From the IMG/VR virus record IMGVR_UViG_3300023055_000005: a stretch of DNA of 64,000 nt. The stretch is one strand, 5' to 3'. Shown here in pieces: positions 27,821 to 37,339 of the stretch. The number at the start of each line of letters is the position of its first letter. The stretch's first letter is position 1. Both the position numbers and the translations under genes were made by a program. The DNA is from a virus (Duplodnaviria; Caudoviricetes). The notes beneath the pieces were generated by a model. That model ran no database searches and was not told where the DNA came from. It was given only the letters and a program-made list of their open reading frames with translations.

Positions 27821-29057
27821 CTACTACAGTCAGATCCTGGATCGTGACAACGCCACCAGCGGCCAGCAGCGCGGCAAGCCTGCCGACCAGCAGCCGTACC
27901 GTCTGATCAAGGGGCTGGAGCTTCGTGTCTCCAGCGCCTTCAACGATGGCCAGACGCAGGAAGTGGACACCAAGTCCATGCAGGTGCGTGGCTCGGCAAC
28001 GATCTACCCCTGCCTGATTCCCAACGTCGGTGACATGTTCATTGCTGACGTCGGCGATGGTCGCGAGGCAGTGCTGCAGGTCACGCAGGCAGAGCGCAAG
28101 ACGATCTTCAAGGACACGGTTCACACGATCGAGTACGAGGTCGTCTCTTACAACGACCCCGGTCGTCGTGAGGACTTCCGTCGCAAGACGACGGTGACCT
28201 ATCACTTCGTCCGCGACTTCCTGCATCACGGCCAGAGCCCGCTCATCATCGATGAGCTGTACAACAACCAGCGCAACATGATCCAGCTGTATCAGGATCT
28301 GGTGGGTTCGTACTTCCGTGACTTCTTCAGTCACGATCTGGATACGCTCATCGTCCCGGATCAGACCGGCATCACCTACGACCCGTTCATGGTGCGCTTC
28401 GTCAGTCAGTGCTTCGAGGCTGGCGAGAACCCGTTCCGCGCACGCATGCGTTCGTTGAACGTTGGTGGCGATCGTGCCATGAGCCAGCTCACCGTGCTCG
28501 ATGCCATCGCTGCCCTCAATGGCCGTATCCTGCCCACCGCAGTCTACAAGATGCAGTTGGTGGATACGAGCCGGTTCAGGGAGCACGTGGTCTACAACGG
28601 CATCTTCTTCACCAAGGTGCGCGATGTGGTGTTCCCCGCCGAAGTCCGTACCGACGTGGATGCCAACTACACCCGCAACAACGTGGTGGCAGGCTCCAAC
28701 AGTTCCTTGCAGCGCTCCGGCGCTCGCGTCAAGGATATCCGCCGTCTCATCCGCACAATGGAAGTGCCCTCGCTGCTCGATCTGGGCACGGCTCCTGACC
28801 ACCTGCCTGACATCAATCGGGTGGCTGACTCGGAGTACTACATCTTCACCGAGAAGTTCTACCACTCCCGTAGTGGCTTGCGCTCGACGAAGATGGAGAT
28901 CGAGGTGCACAAGCTGTTGAGCGGTCAGCCGATGGACACCTCGGTGTTGGTGAAGATGGCTTCTGAATGCGGCTACTGGGATAACCTGGAGCGATTCTAC
29001 TTCATCCCCATCCTGTGCGTCCTCTTGAAAATTGCATACAGGTCCAATCCATCATGA
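27651..29057 (+). CDS. Virion structural protein (gp99-like by synteny)
   Basis: GGAG SD; YVSGQSWIVDYYSQ and PNVGDMFIADVGDG motifs. Confidence 0.7.
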   Translation: MSFVTGPNPEKAPPKPTLQKTGAVVTNPEYRGVTVNTRHVPSSSLLTYVSGQSWIVDYYSQILDRDNATSGQQRGKPADQQPYRLIKGLELRVSSAFNDGQTQEVDTKSMQVRGSATIYPCLIPNVGDMFIADVGDGREAVLQVTQAERKTIFKDTVHTIEYEVVSYNDPGRREDFRRKTTVTYHFVRDFLHHGQSPLIIDELYNNQRNMIQLYQDLVGSYFRDFFSHDLDTLIVPDQTGITYDPFMVRFVSQCFEAGENPFRARMRSLNVGGDRAMSQLTVLDAIAALNGRILPTAVYKMQLVDTSRFREHVVYNGIFFTKVRDVVFPAEVRTDVDANYTRNNVVAGSNSSLQRSGARVKDIRRLIRTMEVPSLLDLGTAPDHLPDINRVADSEYYIFTEKFYHSRSGLRSTKMEIEVHKLLSGQPMDTSVLVKMASECGYWDNLERFYFIPILCVLLKIAYRSNPS

Positions 29058-29665
29058 GCTTCCTTCCGCCCGATCCCGTAAAGGTTTTCCGTCCCCGTCA
29101 GAAGGCTGCAGACAAGAGTGTGGCGCAGAAGCTGTTCGACTTCCGCTACACTACCCAAATCTCCAAAGTCCATTTGATCTCGGAAAAGGAGATTGCGCAG
29201 TTCGGCACCGTCTCCACGGGCGACAAGGCAGTAGACAAGGCGATGGCCAACGAGATCGTCAACGCTCGTCTGACCGCTCCGCAGATGGCAGAGTTCCTGG
29301 ATGAGGACATCACCTTCGCCTTGGTCAACACCAAGGACAGTGTGGAGATCTTCAGGCACTTGATGGAGCTGTTGAACGACTGGGCCAATCGGGCAACCGA
29401 AGAGCTGCAGAGCGTGACCGTTCCGCTGGAAGAGTTGGCCAAGCTGGAGAAGCTGGCCGCTCACATGTACCAGAGTGCAAAGTTCTGGATCGCCAAGGGT
29501 GAGTACGGCAACGACCTGATGCATCGCCTGTCGATGTTCGGTTCTCGTCGCCGTCGCCATCTGAGCAACATCGGCGAACCCAAGCGCGCTGTCATCCGTG
29601 AGAGCGCAGGGATCAAGATCGTCGAAGGTATCCAGCGCTCGCTCGCTGAGCGGGAAGAATACTGA
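29054..29665 (+). CDS. Conserved protein (gp100-like by synteny)
   Basis: ATGA overlap start at 29054. Confidence 0.65.
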   Translation: MSFLPPDPVKVFRPRQKAADKSVAQKLFDFRYTTQISKVHLISEKEIAQFGTVSTGDKAVDKAMANEIVNARLTAPQMAEFLDEDITFALVNTKDSVEIFRHLMELLNDWANRATEELQSVTVPLEELAKLEKLAAHMYQSAKFWIAKGEYGNDLMHRLSMFGSRRRRHLSNIGEPKRAVIRESAGIKIVEGIQRSLAEREEY

Positions 29666-31041
29666 TGGCAAAGACAATCCGCGAATCCCCGCTCTGGGAT
29701 GAGATCCAGGACGTCATGAACGAAGGCTCCAAGGCAATCCAGTATCACTGGACTGCTGTGCTGCGAGCCAAGGAGATTGAGTACGACACCATCTGTGTGC
29801 TCAACATCGACAACGACCGTCACTTCCACGGACGCTTTGCTGATCACATGTTCGTTGAGCTGGCCGTTCAGCCGGGTACGTTCTACGCTGACATCTTCCC
29901 GCACAACGACACGCTTGAGATGATTCTCACCCGTACGCCCAAGTTCATTGCAGGTTCGACCGAGACGCCGGATGAAGCACCGATGGTGCAGACCTACCGG
30001 GCCAGTATCGTCAACCCGAAGAATCCCTTGGTCACCATGAAGCAGGACTTTGGTGACAACAAGGAAGCGATGAATCTGTCCGACGTGGCCCGCGTGACGT
30101 TCCAGGTCTTTGACCATGCGCTGGAACAGCTGATGATGAAGACCGTCAACCAGGGCGCGACTCGTTCTCGCCCCGGTGGATTGGCTCGCTGGATTCTCAC
30201 CAACCTCAGTAAGGACATTGAGGTCGATGACGAATACAAGATCACCGGCGTGAGCATCGTGGACTACTCCAACCAAGAGGCTCGTCCTCTGGTGATGGTG
30301 CCTGCCGGTACGCGCTTCGTCGATGCGCCGCTGTATATCCACGAGCATCAGGGTGGGATCTACTCTGCGGGCTTTGGGTACTACCTGCATGGACGCAGCT
30401 GGTACATGTACCCTTCCTACGACGTGACACGCTTCAACACGGCCCGTCCGAAGCTTACGGTCATCGCAGTACCTGCCGACAAGCTGCCGGGCGTAGAGCG
30501 CACCTACCTGCGCGACAACACGCATACCACCATCATCGCAACCGGTGGCATCGAGTACATGGATCCAACGGAAGGCCAGAAGCTCTCTGATGGTAACGGT
30601 GTCCGCTACAACGACAGCCGTAACGTCATGGAAGCCTATGGTGAAGTGGAGGGCAACAAGCTCAGTGTCGACAACTCGCTCAACACGACCGAGTACGTCA
30701 CCGAGCAGCGTGCCAATGGGCTGAACAACGTCCAGAGTGGTGCGCGTAAGTTCACCTCCAATCCGTTCGTCGAGTCCTCGTTGCTGGCCAAGCGCAATGG
30801 TGCGTATGTACAGGTGGTCTGGGAGAACAGCTCGGTTGACATGATCGAGCCGAACATGCCAGTGCGCTACATGTACGTGCAGGGCGGAGACGTGAAGGAA
30901 GCCTTTGGTACGCTGGCACATGCTCGGATGCTCGTCAATCCCACCCAGCAGGGCGTGACGTTCGCCACTCATGTCCAGAAGACCATCTTGACGATCTTCA
31001 TCGGCTCCAAGTTGGACTGGGCTCAGGTATCCAATGAATGA
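29665..31041 (+). CDS. Baseplate hub-like structural protein (gp101-like by synteny)
   Basis: GGIYSAGFGYY..WYMYP motif; TGATG coupling. Confidence 0.65.
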   Translation: MAKTIRESPLWDEIQDVMNEGSKAIQYHWTAVLRAKEIEYDTICVLNIDNDRHFHGRFADHMFVELAVQPGTFYADIFPHNDTLEMILTRTPKFIAGSTETPDEAPMVQTYRASIVNPKNPLVTMKQDFGDNKEAMNLSDVARVTFQVFDHALEQLMMKTVNQGATRSRPGGLARWILTNLSKDIEVDDEYKITGVSIVDYSNQEARPLVMVPAGTRFVDAPLYIHEHQGGIYSAGFGYYLHGRSWYMYPSYDVTRFNTARPKLTVIAVPADKLPGVERTYLRDNTHTTIIATGGIEYMDPTEGQKLSDGNGVRYNDSRNVMEAYGEVEGNKLSVDNSLNTTEYVTEQRANGLNNVQSGARKFTSNPFVESSLLAKRNGAYVQVVWENSSVDMIEPNMPVRYMYVQGGDVKEAFGTLAHARMLVNPTQQGVTFATHVQKTILTIFIGSKLDWAQVSNE

Positions 31042-31078
31042 CATAAGGGAGGGGCCTAGCGCCCCTCCCAATATGCGC
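31040..31078 (+). terminator. Hairpin with GACATA...TATGC flanks
   Basis: gggaggggc/gcccctccc stem. Confidence 0.8.
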
Positions 31079-31089
31079 TGTAAAAAAGA

Positions 31090-31114
31090 TTTGACCGTAC
31101 ACTATCCAATTGAG
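31090..31114 (+). promoter_or_regulatory. Phage promoter copy 5 (TACACTATC subtype)
   Basis: TTTGACCG-TACACT-ATCCAA-TTGAG. Confidence 0.6.
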
Positions 31115-31143
31115 GCAACACTTCATTCAACAGGGGGAAAGAA

Positions 31144-31638
31144 ATGGCTTTTCGACGTTATCGCATGAAACCGGGTGAAATTGGTCCTTCGCGCCGGGTG
31201 ACTTACATGAGCATCCAGAACATGGCCCTGCTCGGTACGCCTTCGGTGGTCATTTCCATCGGCGGCAAGTACGACAGCTGGCCCACCTTCAAGGTCGAGC
31301 ACAAGGAAGTTCTGCGTCTGAACTTCGGCATCTCCAGCAACACCTTCGATCCGCACTTCGATGAAGCGATGGCCAAGCAGGTCGTGGAACTGATGGAGCG
31401 CTGGCCGGCAGAAGACATCATGATCCACTGCGGCGAAGGTCGCATCCGTTCCTCCTCCCTGGCCCGAGGGATCGAGTACTTCAGTCAGGGCGATATCATG
31501 GTCGATGTTGACCACCCGCTGTGCTCGCGTCACATGAACCAGGAAGATCGTCAGATCGTCAGGACCATGGGACTGTACGAACACACCCCCAGTACCGACA
31601 AGGAAAGTGAAGATGCGCAATCCGGTAACGTACAGTAA
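31144..31638 (+). CDS. Cys-dependent (PTP/dual-specificity-like) phosphatase
   Basis: IHCGEGRIRS fits the HCxxGxxRS (CX5R) active-site loop. Confidence 0.75.
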   Translation: MAFRRYRMKPGEIGPSRRVTYMSIQNMALLGTPSVVISIGGKYDSWPTFKVEHKEVLRLNFGISSNTFDPHFDEAMAKQVVELMERWPAEDIMIHCGEGRIRSSSLARGIEYFSQGDIMVDVDHPLCSRHMNQEDRQIVRTMGLYEHTPSTDKESEDAQSGNVQ

Positions 31639-32338
31639 CAGTCGGCGTGTGGCCGCTTACTCGGCGGCTCTGTTCCGAGCTCTGGGTAAGCGCATTGCTA
31701 CCTTCGCATCGGCGGAGGATCCCAACATCGTCTTCAGTGTCGTGGGTGCTCAGGGTGCTGAGCAGTCCATACCTCCGGTCGGCATCGATCTGGATCAGAC
31801 GCTGCTGGTCCCGGTCCCGTATGCGGAAGTGGACCCCAACCTGCGGGTGATCTTCGCAGCGCAGGACGACGATGGCATCGGTGTTGGCAATGAGCTGCCC
31901 TGGCATGTGCGTGAAGACCTGCTGCACTTCAAGGCGGCTACCATCGGCTGTCCGGTGATCATGGGCCTGCAGACCTTCAAGTCGCTTCCGCCCAAGGGCC
32001 TGCCCAATCGCCACATCATCGTGGTGTCCAGTACGCTGGACTACGTTGTCGGCCAGACCTTCGATCTGGTCCGCAGCCTCGATGAAGCGATCGCTCGTGC
32101 ACGGCACATCACCGATAGCGAGTACTACGTCATCGGTGGTACGCGCCTGTTCGAAGAAGCGATCCGCAAGGCTTCTCAGGTTCACGCCACGGCAATCCAT
32201 CATGACCTGAACAAGTTGTGCGACACCTACATTCCCTACGTCTGGGAGCGGCTGGAGTCGGACTACTTCCTCATGGACAAGTTCGTCCAACATGAGCAGT
32301 GCACGATCAAGATCTTCCGTCGGGTGCGTAACCCGTAA
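31613..32338 (+). CDS. folA: Dihydrofolate reductase with N-terminal extension
   Basis: GIGVGNELPWHVREDLLHFK..VIMGLQTFKSLP..LPNR..IIVVSS and VIGGTRLF. Confidence 0.9.
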   Translation: MRNPVTYSNSRRVAAYSAALFRALGKRIATFASAEDPNIVFSVVGAQGAEQSIPPVGIDLDQTLLVPVPYAEVDPNLRVIFAAQDDDGIGVGNELPWHVREDLLHFKAATIGCPVIMGLQTFKSLPPKGLPNRHIIVVSSTLDYVVGQTFDLVRSLDEAIARARHITDSEYYVIGGTRLFEEAIRKASQVHATAIHHDLNKLCDTYIPYVWERLESDYFLMDKFVQHEQCTIKIFRRVRNP

Positions 32339-32383
32339 GCCTCTGCAGAGCCATCCTATGCCTTAACCACAAAGGGTATAACG

Positions 32384-33265
32384 ATGGCTCTGCTCCTCCG
32401 TAAGGGCGACTCCTCCTCGGCGGTCGCCGCAGTCCAGAAAGCTCTGGGCATCAAAGACGATGGTATCTTCGGTCCCGGCACCGAAGCTGCTGTCAAGAAG
32501 TTCCAGGCTTCCAAGGGTCTGGCGGCTGACGGTCTCGTCGGCCCCGGTACTTTCGCAGCCCTGGGTCTGGCTCCCGAACCTGCCCGCAAGAAGCTCGTCG
32601 AGCAGGACTTCATCGACGCAGCCAAGCTGCTGAGCAAGCCGAACAAGCCGTGCCTGGTCAATGCCATCAAGGCAGTGGCTCAGGTGGAATCGGCCGGTGA
32701 TGCTTTCGGTGCCAACGGCCTGCCGGTGATCCTGTGGGAACGCCACAAGTTCGACAAGTACCTGGTCGAGATCGGCAAGCCCGGCGTGCCGCGTGCGGAG
32801 ATGATCGCCCTGCGCGACAATCTGCGTGCTACCCAGCCCGAGCTGTGCCTGAACGTCGGCAAGGTCTACCGCTCGACCTACAACAAGAACCCCGCCAAGT
32901 ACAAGCCCACCGATCTGTATTCGGGTGGCGCTGCCGAATGGGCGTTCATGGAACGTGGTCGTAAGTACAGCGACACCGCTGCACTGATGTCGGCCTCCTT
33001 CGGCATGTTCCAGATCATGGGGTTCAACTACCAGCTGGCCGGATTCACCTCCGTGCAGGCTTTCGCTGAAGCCATGAAGATCGGCGAGCGTGAGCACCTG
33101 CTGGCCTTCGTGAACTTCATCAAGTCCAACGCAGCACTGTGGAACGCACTGCTGGCACTGGACTGGGAAGAGTTCGCACGCCTGTACAACGGCGCCGGCT
33201 ACAAGCAGTTCGCTTACCACACCCGCATGGGTGATGCGTTCAAGACGCTCAACAACAAGAAGTAA
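32384..33265 (+). CDS. Modular endolysin: peptidoglycan-binding domain plus DUF3380-type N-acetylmuramidase
   Basis: LRKGDSSSAVAAVQKALG..DGIFGPGTEAAVKKFQ (PG_binding_1); AVAQVES, ILWERH, SASFGMFQIMGFN. Confidence 0.9.
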   Translation: MALLLRKGDSSSAVAAVQKALGIKDDGIFGPGTEAAVKKFQASKGLAADGLVGPGTFAALGLAPEPARKKLVEQDFIDAAKLLSKPNKPCLVNAIKAVAQVESAGDAFGANGLPVILWERHKFDKYLVEIGKPGVPRAEMIALRDNLRATQPELCLNVGKVYRSTYNKNPAKYKPTDLYSGGAAEWAFMERGRKYSDTAALMSASFGMFQIMGFNYQLAGFTSVQAFAEAMKIGEREHLLAFVNFIKSNAALWNALLALDWEEFARLYNGAGYKQFAYHTRMGDAFKTLNNKK

Positions 33266-33267
33266 AA

Positions 33268-33302
33268 GTCATGGGAGAGGGGGCAACCTCTCTCCTATGC
33301 CG
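33268..33302 (+). terminator. Hairpin followed by TATGCC
   Basis: ggagaggg/cctctctcc stem after the endolysin. Confidence 0.75.
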
Positions 33303-33323
33303 TAAACCTAATGGAGAAGTACG

Positions 33324-33728
33324 ATGCACGAGATTGTAGTAGGCACCGCTTCGGAGGTGCGGCATATCAGAAAGACCTTAGCTCGACTGAGGCTTCCCGT
33401 CCACGAGATTGACGAGTTCGTGACTGGGATACTTCACTTTGTCGGGGAGATTATCTTCCACACCTTTGCAGACGGGGTAGTTCTATCAGACTACTTTGAG
33501 GAGACTGTACAGGAGGCGTTGTTTGAAGCCTTCCGTGACAGCAACTTCAACGAGGTGATTACCGATGACCAACTGATGTCGTGGACGCGTAGCTTGTATT
33601 ACATGGTCGCGCCTGCCCTTGTCGAGATGCGTACCGGAGATGGGTACATTATCTCAGGGGTTGGGTTCTCGCGAACATTTGGCGATGATGCTGTTTACTT
33701 CTATGAAGAGACAAGGCTTCGTCGTTAG
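33324..33728 (+). CDS. Hypothetical protein with atypical codon usage
   Basis: GGAG SD; many A/T-ending codons. Confidence 0.65.
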   Translation: MHEIVVGTASEVRHIRKTLARLRLPVHEIDEFVTGILHFVGEIIFHTFADGVVLSDYFEETVQEALFEAFRDSNFNEVITDDQLMSWTRSLYYMVAPALVEMRTGDGYIISGVGFSRTFGDDAVYFYEETRLRR

Positions 33729-33783
33729 CGTAAAAACAAACACGTATTCACGATCATTTGAACAACTCCTCGGATAACCGACT

Positions 33784-34107
33784 ATGCACGCACAACCGAT
33801 GATGACCGAGGACGACAAGATCCTCAAGTTGCCCGAAGACCAGCCGTTGGGCAACCGGGCCTTCTCGCTTCGTTTCATCGTGAAAGACGCCACCACCGAA
33901 AGTCAGCATGCACTGGCACGCTCCTGCATCTTGGAGAACGCCCTGCTGTGCGACAGCCGCTTCAGTCACCTGAGCGTGCTTCCGGTGGAGTTCATCCAGC
34001 CGTTGGTCAACGTCTGGCGTGAAGAGAACAGTGGTCACGCGCGTCTGCGTTACCTGTTCGAATCCAAGCGTCCCCGCCGAAAGTTCCACAAGAAGAAACG
34101 CGGCTAA
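33784..34107 (+). CDS. Hypothetical protein
   Basis: Open frame with biased codons and a basic C-terminus. Confidence 0.7.
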   Translation: MHAQPMMTEDDKILKLPEDQPLGNRAFSLRFIVKDATTESQHALARSCILENALLCDSRFSHLSVLPVEFIQPLVNVWREENSGHARLRYLFESKRPRRKFHKKKRG

Positions 34108-34137
34108 TCCCCGCAAAAAAAAAACTACCACAAGGAA

Positions 34138-34416
34138 ATGTACGAAATGCGCAAGAAGATCCTGACGTCGGCCATCGAGCATGTGCTGGGCGAACAGCAC
34201 CTGAAGTATCAGCAGGAACTGCACCTGCAGAACATCCGCCGTATGGCAGAAGAGCGCGCAACCAAGCGCCTGAAGCAGGCTGGTGGCAAGCTGAACTACA
34301 CCGCGGTGCCGTTCAAGCCGGCGGCTGAAGCCATCTACGCCGGTGATCCGGAACTGCTGGCCGAAGTCAACACCATCATCTCCAGCAACCTGGTCGCCGC
34401 TGCACTGGCGCATTAA
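34138..34416 (+). CDS. Hypothetical protein
   Basis: AAGGA SD, biased codons. Confidence 0.7.
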   Translation: MYEMRKKILTSAIEHVLGEQHLKYQQELHLQNIRRMAEERATKRLKQAGGKLNYTAVPFKPAAEAIYAGDPELLAEVNTIISSNLVAAALAH

Positions 34417-34459
34417 TCGTCAGAGGGAGGGCGTTGGCCCTCCCTCTATGGAGTTACAC

Positions 34460-35161
34460 ATGGGTAAGAATTACCGCAATGGCCGACTGATTGCCATCGA
34501 AGGTGGTGATGCAGTTGGCAAGGGGACCGTACTGACGAAGTTGGTCGGCTACCTCGAAGATCGCGAAATCCCGTACGCAGTGGCCAGTTCGTGGACCAGT
34601 ACGCAGCTGGGCCGTGAGATCTACCCGATCATCACTGACTCCGGTCTGGGTCTCAATCCGTTCCTGCGCGCATCTCTGGCGCTGACGGTGCACCGCTCGA
34701 TCTGGGATGAGATCACCAAGCCTGCGTTGCAAGCAGGCAAGCTGGTGCTGATGGATCGCTCCTACCTGAGCACGCTGGTCTACCAGTGCAAGCTGGAAGG
34801 TTGTCCGCGCGATGAGTTCGAACGTCTGCGCGAGCTGATCCTGCCCTCGGGTATCCCTGACCTCACCCTGTTGCTGTGCTGCAATGTGTCCACCTCCCTG
34901 GAACGCATCGCTGCTCGTACCGGCAAGATGGATCGGATGGATACCAAAGACCCGGTCAAGATCGCTGCCATCCGTCAGCACTATATCGAAGCGGCCCGTC
35001 AGGAGACGCGCAACCGCGTGGCTATCCTCGACACGGACTGTGGTCCAGAGATGGTCCTCAACCGCGCACTGACCCTGCTGCAACAGGCAGGCATTCTGTG
35101 TCAGGTGGAGGATGAGTATCTGGTGGCAAGTGGTGCTGGCATCAGGGGGTTCTCGCTGTGA
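34460..35161 (+). CDS. tmk: Thymidylate kinase
   Basis: IAIEGGDAVGKGT P-loop, LMDRSYLSTLVYQ, PDLTLLL; GGAG SD before ATG 34460. Confidence 0.9.
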   Translation: MGKNYRNGRLIAIEGGDAVGKGTVLTKLVGYLEDREIPYAVASSWTSTQLGREIYPIITDSGLGLNPFLRASLALTVHRSIWDEITKPALQAGKLVLMDRSYLSTLVYQCKLEGCPRDEFERLRELILPSGIPDLTLLLCCNVSTSLERIAARTGKMDRMDTKDPVKIAAIRQHYIEAARQETRNRVAILDTDCGPEMVLNRALTLLQQAGILCQVEDEYLVASGAGIRGFSL

Positions 35162-35433
35162 ACCATCGCTCCAGTAAATCTCTTGAAGAGTTGCGTAAGG
35201 AATACGGACGTTCCGTACGGACCTTCCTCTTCTTCGGCCTTCTCGCAGTCTTCGATATCAGCTATGGCCTCCACTTCCTCCTCGCCCCCACCCATCCGCT
35301 CGATCCTATCGCAGCTGTTCTCTGCTTTGCGATCGCTGTGTGGGCAAATCACCACGCTACGGTGGCGCAGCGGCGGTACAAGATCTTGGAAGGGCGACTC
35401 ATGCCCTACAAGGAAGGCAAGAAAAATGACTGA
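35158..35433 (+). CDS. Two-TM membrane protein
   Basis: GTGA overlap; two hydrophobic segments. Confidence 0.65.
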   Translation: MNHRSSKSLEELRKEYGRSVRTFLFFGLLAVFDISYGLHFLLAPTHPLDPIAAVLCFAIAVWANHHATVAQRRYKILEGRLMPYKEGKKND

Positions 35434-35875
35434 CCTGTCATCGGTTGACCCCTACGCCGAACGCAACCTGTTGCTGGCCCTGCTGTCCCATCACTACCCG
35501 GCTTTCATCTGCCGCACCAACGAGCACGGGTGGGACGATGACTGGCGCTGGAGTTGCTACCTGCGCCTGCCGGCTGGCCAGATCAACTTCCACTTCCACG
35601 ACAGCCAGCTGATGATCTTCCAGCATCTGCCGGTCAAGGAAGAAGGCTGGGATGGAGCGGACAAGAAAGAAGTCCTCATCCGACTGGACACCATGGTGCG
35701 TCAGTTCGGCGATCTCACCCACGTACCCAAGGTCGACCTGAAGTGGTTGATCGACGATGTGCGTATTGCCTCCCGTGACCTGGCTGGCAAGTCCCCGCTG
35801 ACCGCTCTGAACGAACTGGTCGATCGAGCCAAAGAACACAACAAGCAGTACGAAATCCAAAAGGAGCTTTTTTGA
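35426..35875 (+). CDS. WDGH-domain-like protein
   Basis: YAERNLL..YLRLPAGQINFHF..EGWDGAD resembles the family pattern; start at ATG 35426. Confidence 0.6.
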   Translation: MTDLSSVDPYAERNLLLALLSHHYPAFICRTNEHGWDDDWRWSCYLRLPAGQINFHFHDSQLMIFQHLPVKEEGWDGADKKEVLIRLDTMVRQFGDLTHVPKVDLKWLIDDVRIASRDLAGKSPLTALNELVDRAKEHNKQYEIQKELF

Positions 35876-36285
35876 ACGCTGTCTATCCCTATCTGGTCTG
35901 GTCGCTGGCCATTGTGCTGGTGATCGCAATCATCGCCATCTTCTACCTCGTGCGTCAGATCGCGCTGGTCTACCAGGCTCGCGCGGAATACGAGCAGAAC
36001 GCCCAGAAGGCGTCCTGGATGGTCGCCCGCATGGAGAACGCGTATGAAGATCTGGCCCAGGACTGCCATATCCTCTACTTCGCGCTGGCGCAGGCATGGT
36101 CCTCCTTCCGCGTCATGAAAGAAGACCGGTGGCACATCTACATCAACCTGCCCACTGGGCTGGTGGTGTACGTCATTCCGCCCGAACAGGACGAGCTGTT
36201 CTCGGTGATCGATATCGGTCCTGAAGTCGACGAAGAGATCACGCCCATCAAGGTCCGCGAGCGTCTGCTCGGCACCGCCCTCTAA
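35872..36285 (+). CDS. TM-anchored protein with a related LPTG module
   Basis: N-terminal TM; WHIYINLPTGLVVYVIP parallels the preceding gene. Confidence 0.65.
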   Translation: MNAVYPYLVWSLAIVLVIAIIAIFYLVRQIALVYQARAEYEQNAQKASWMVARMENAYEDLAQDCHILYFALAQAWSSFRVMKEDRWHIYINLPTGLVVYVIPPEQDELFSVIDIGPEVDEEITPIKVRERLLGTAL

Positions 36286-36294
36286 GGAGCTGCC

Positions 36295-36570
36295 ATGAAA
36301 CGCGAGTTCTTTGTCGAACGACTGCAAGGCCCTTTCGATTCGCTGACCACTACCGATCTCACTGAAGCTGTGAAGGCGTACTACCAGTACCCGAAAGGCT
36401 CCAGCATGTACCTGCTCGGGGACTGGGGGCAGAAGGTCTTCGTGCGCATGCCGCCCAACGTCGACACCTTCTCCGAGTTCGAAACCACCGCTCAAGCCAA
36501 GGTTCCCTCGCCAGAGCTCACCGATGAACAGAAGTTCGAGATCGTCCTCGGACTTCGCAAGCTGATCTAG
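36295..36570 (+). CDS. Hypothetical protein
   Basis: TAAGGAG SD. Confidence 0.75.
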   Translation: MKREFFVERLQGPFDSLTTTDLTEAVKAYYQYPKGSSMYLLGDWGQKVFVRMPPNVDTFSEFETTAQAKVPSPELTDEQKFEIVLGLRKLI

Positions 36571-36578
36571 GAAGAGCA

Positions 36579-36965
36579 ATGCAGAAGCACTTTTACATCA
36601 AGTACGGCCAGGGTATGAACCATGGCGTTGGTGCCATCACCACGATGGACGAGAAGGGCGAGATCAAGTTGAACGACTCGCTGATGATCGCCGTCTTCGC
36701 CTACTTCAACGCCTACGGCAAGCCGAACCTGCGCCTGTTGGCTGGTCCGTACATCGACACGCGTGGTGTGCCAGCTGACGGTACGGCCGAAGAGATCCGC
36801 TCCATCGAGAAGTACAGCTCGCTGGTTGAACTCTTCCAGGCCATCGGTCTGCCCATTCCCGATGACCGCGTGTTCTACATGCGTGGACGCACCGCTGGCA
36901 GGACTGCGGCGATGAACCACGTCAACAACGCCCTGCGCAGCTTCCTGCTTGGGGATGAGAGTTAG
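36579..36965 (+). CDS. Hypothetical protein
   Basis: Operon position, biased codons. Confidence 0.7.
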   Translation: MQKHFYIKYGQGMNHGVGAITTMDEKGEIKLNDSLMIAVFAYFNAYGKPNLRLLAGPYIDTRGVPADGTAEEIRSIEKYSSLVELFQAIGLPIPDDRVFYMRGRTAGRTAAMNHVNNALRSFLLGDES

Positions 36966-36967
36966 CG

Positions 36968-37330
36968 ATGGGCAAGGATAAGAAGATCAAGATCTACAGT
37001 GAGGGGAAAGACAGTACCTTCACTTCCAACGGTAAGACCTACGCGTTGGACGGGTTGTTCCGCGAGACCCACAAGTACTCCATCACCATCCTGCCGATCT
37101 CCAAGCTGGACTGGGTGTTTGAGTATGTCACCCCCGACCCTGACCGCGTGGTCAAGGCCGACGAAGAAGTCCCTATCATCGTGGTGCGTGATCTCCATGC
37201 GCCGGCAGGGCAGCAGTTCATCGTGGTTGACGGTCTGCATCGATTGATGAAAGCGGTGAGCAAGCGCCGCAACACCATCAAGACCAAGCTGATCTCCAAG
37301 CCACTCCTCGACATGTTCGAAATCAAGTAA
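36968..37330 (+). CDS. Stand-alone ParB/sulfiredoxin-like domain protein
   Basis: PIIVV..IVVDGLHRLMKA motif. Confidence 0.7.
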   Translation: MGKDKKIKIYSEGKDSTFTSNGKTYALDGLFRETHKYSITILPISKLDWVFEYVTPDPDRVVKADEEVPIIVVRDLHAPAGQQFIVVDGLHRLMKAVSKRRNTIKTKLISKPLLDMFEIK

Positions 37331-37339
37331 AGGGAAACC

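Noticed and set aside
34115-34124. A10 homopolymer as a phase-variation or slippage site
   Set aside because: It is intergenic, in an A/C-rich leader, and has no frame consequence.
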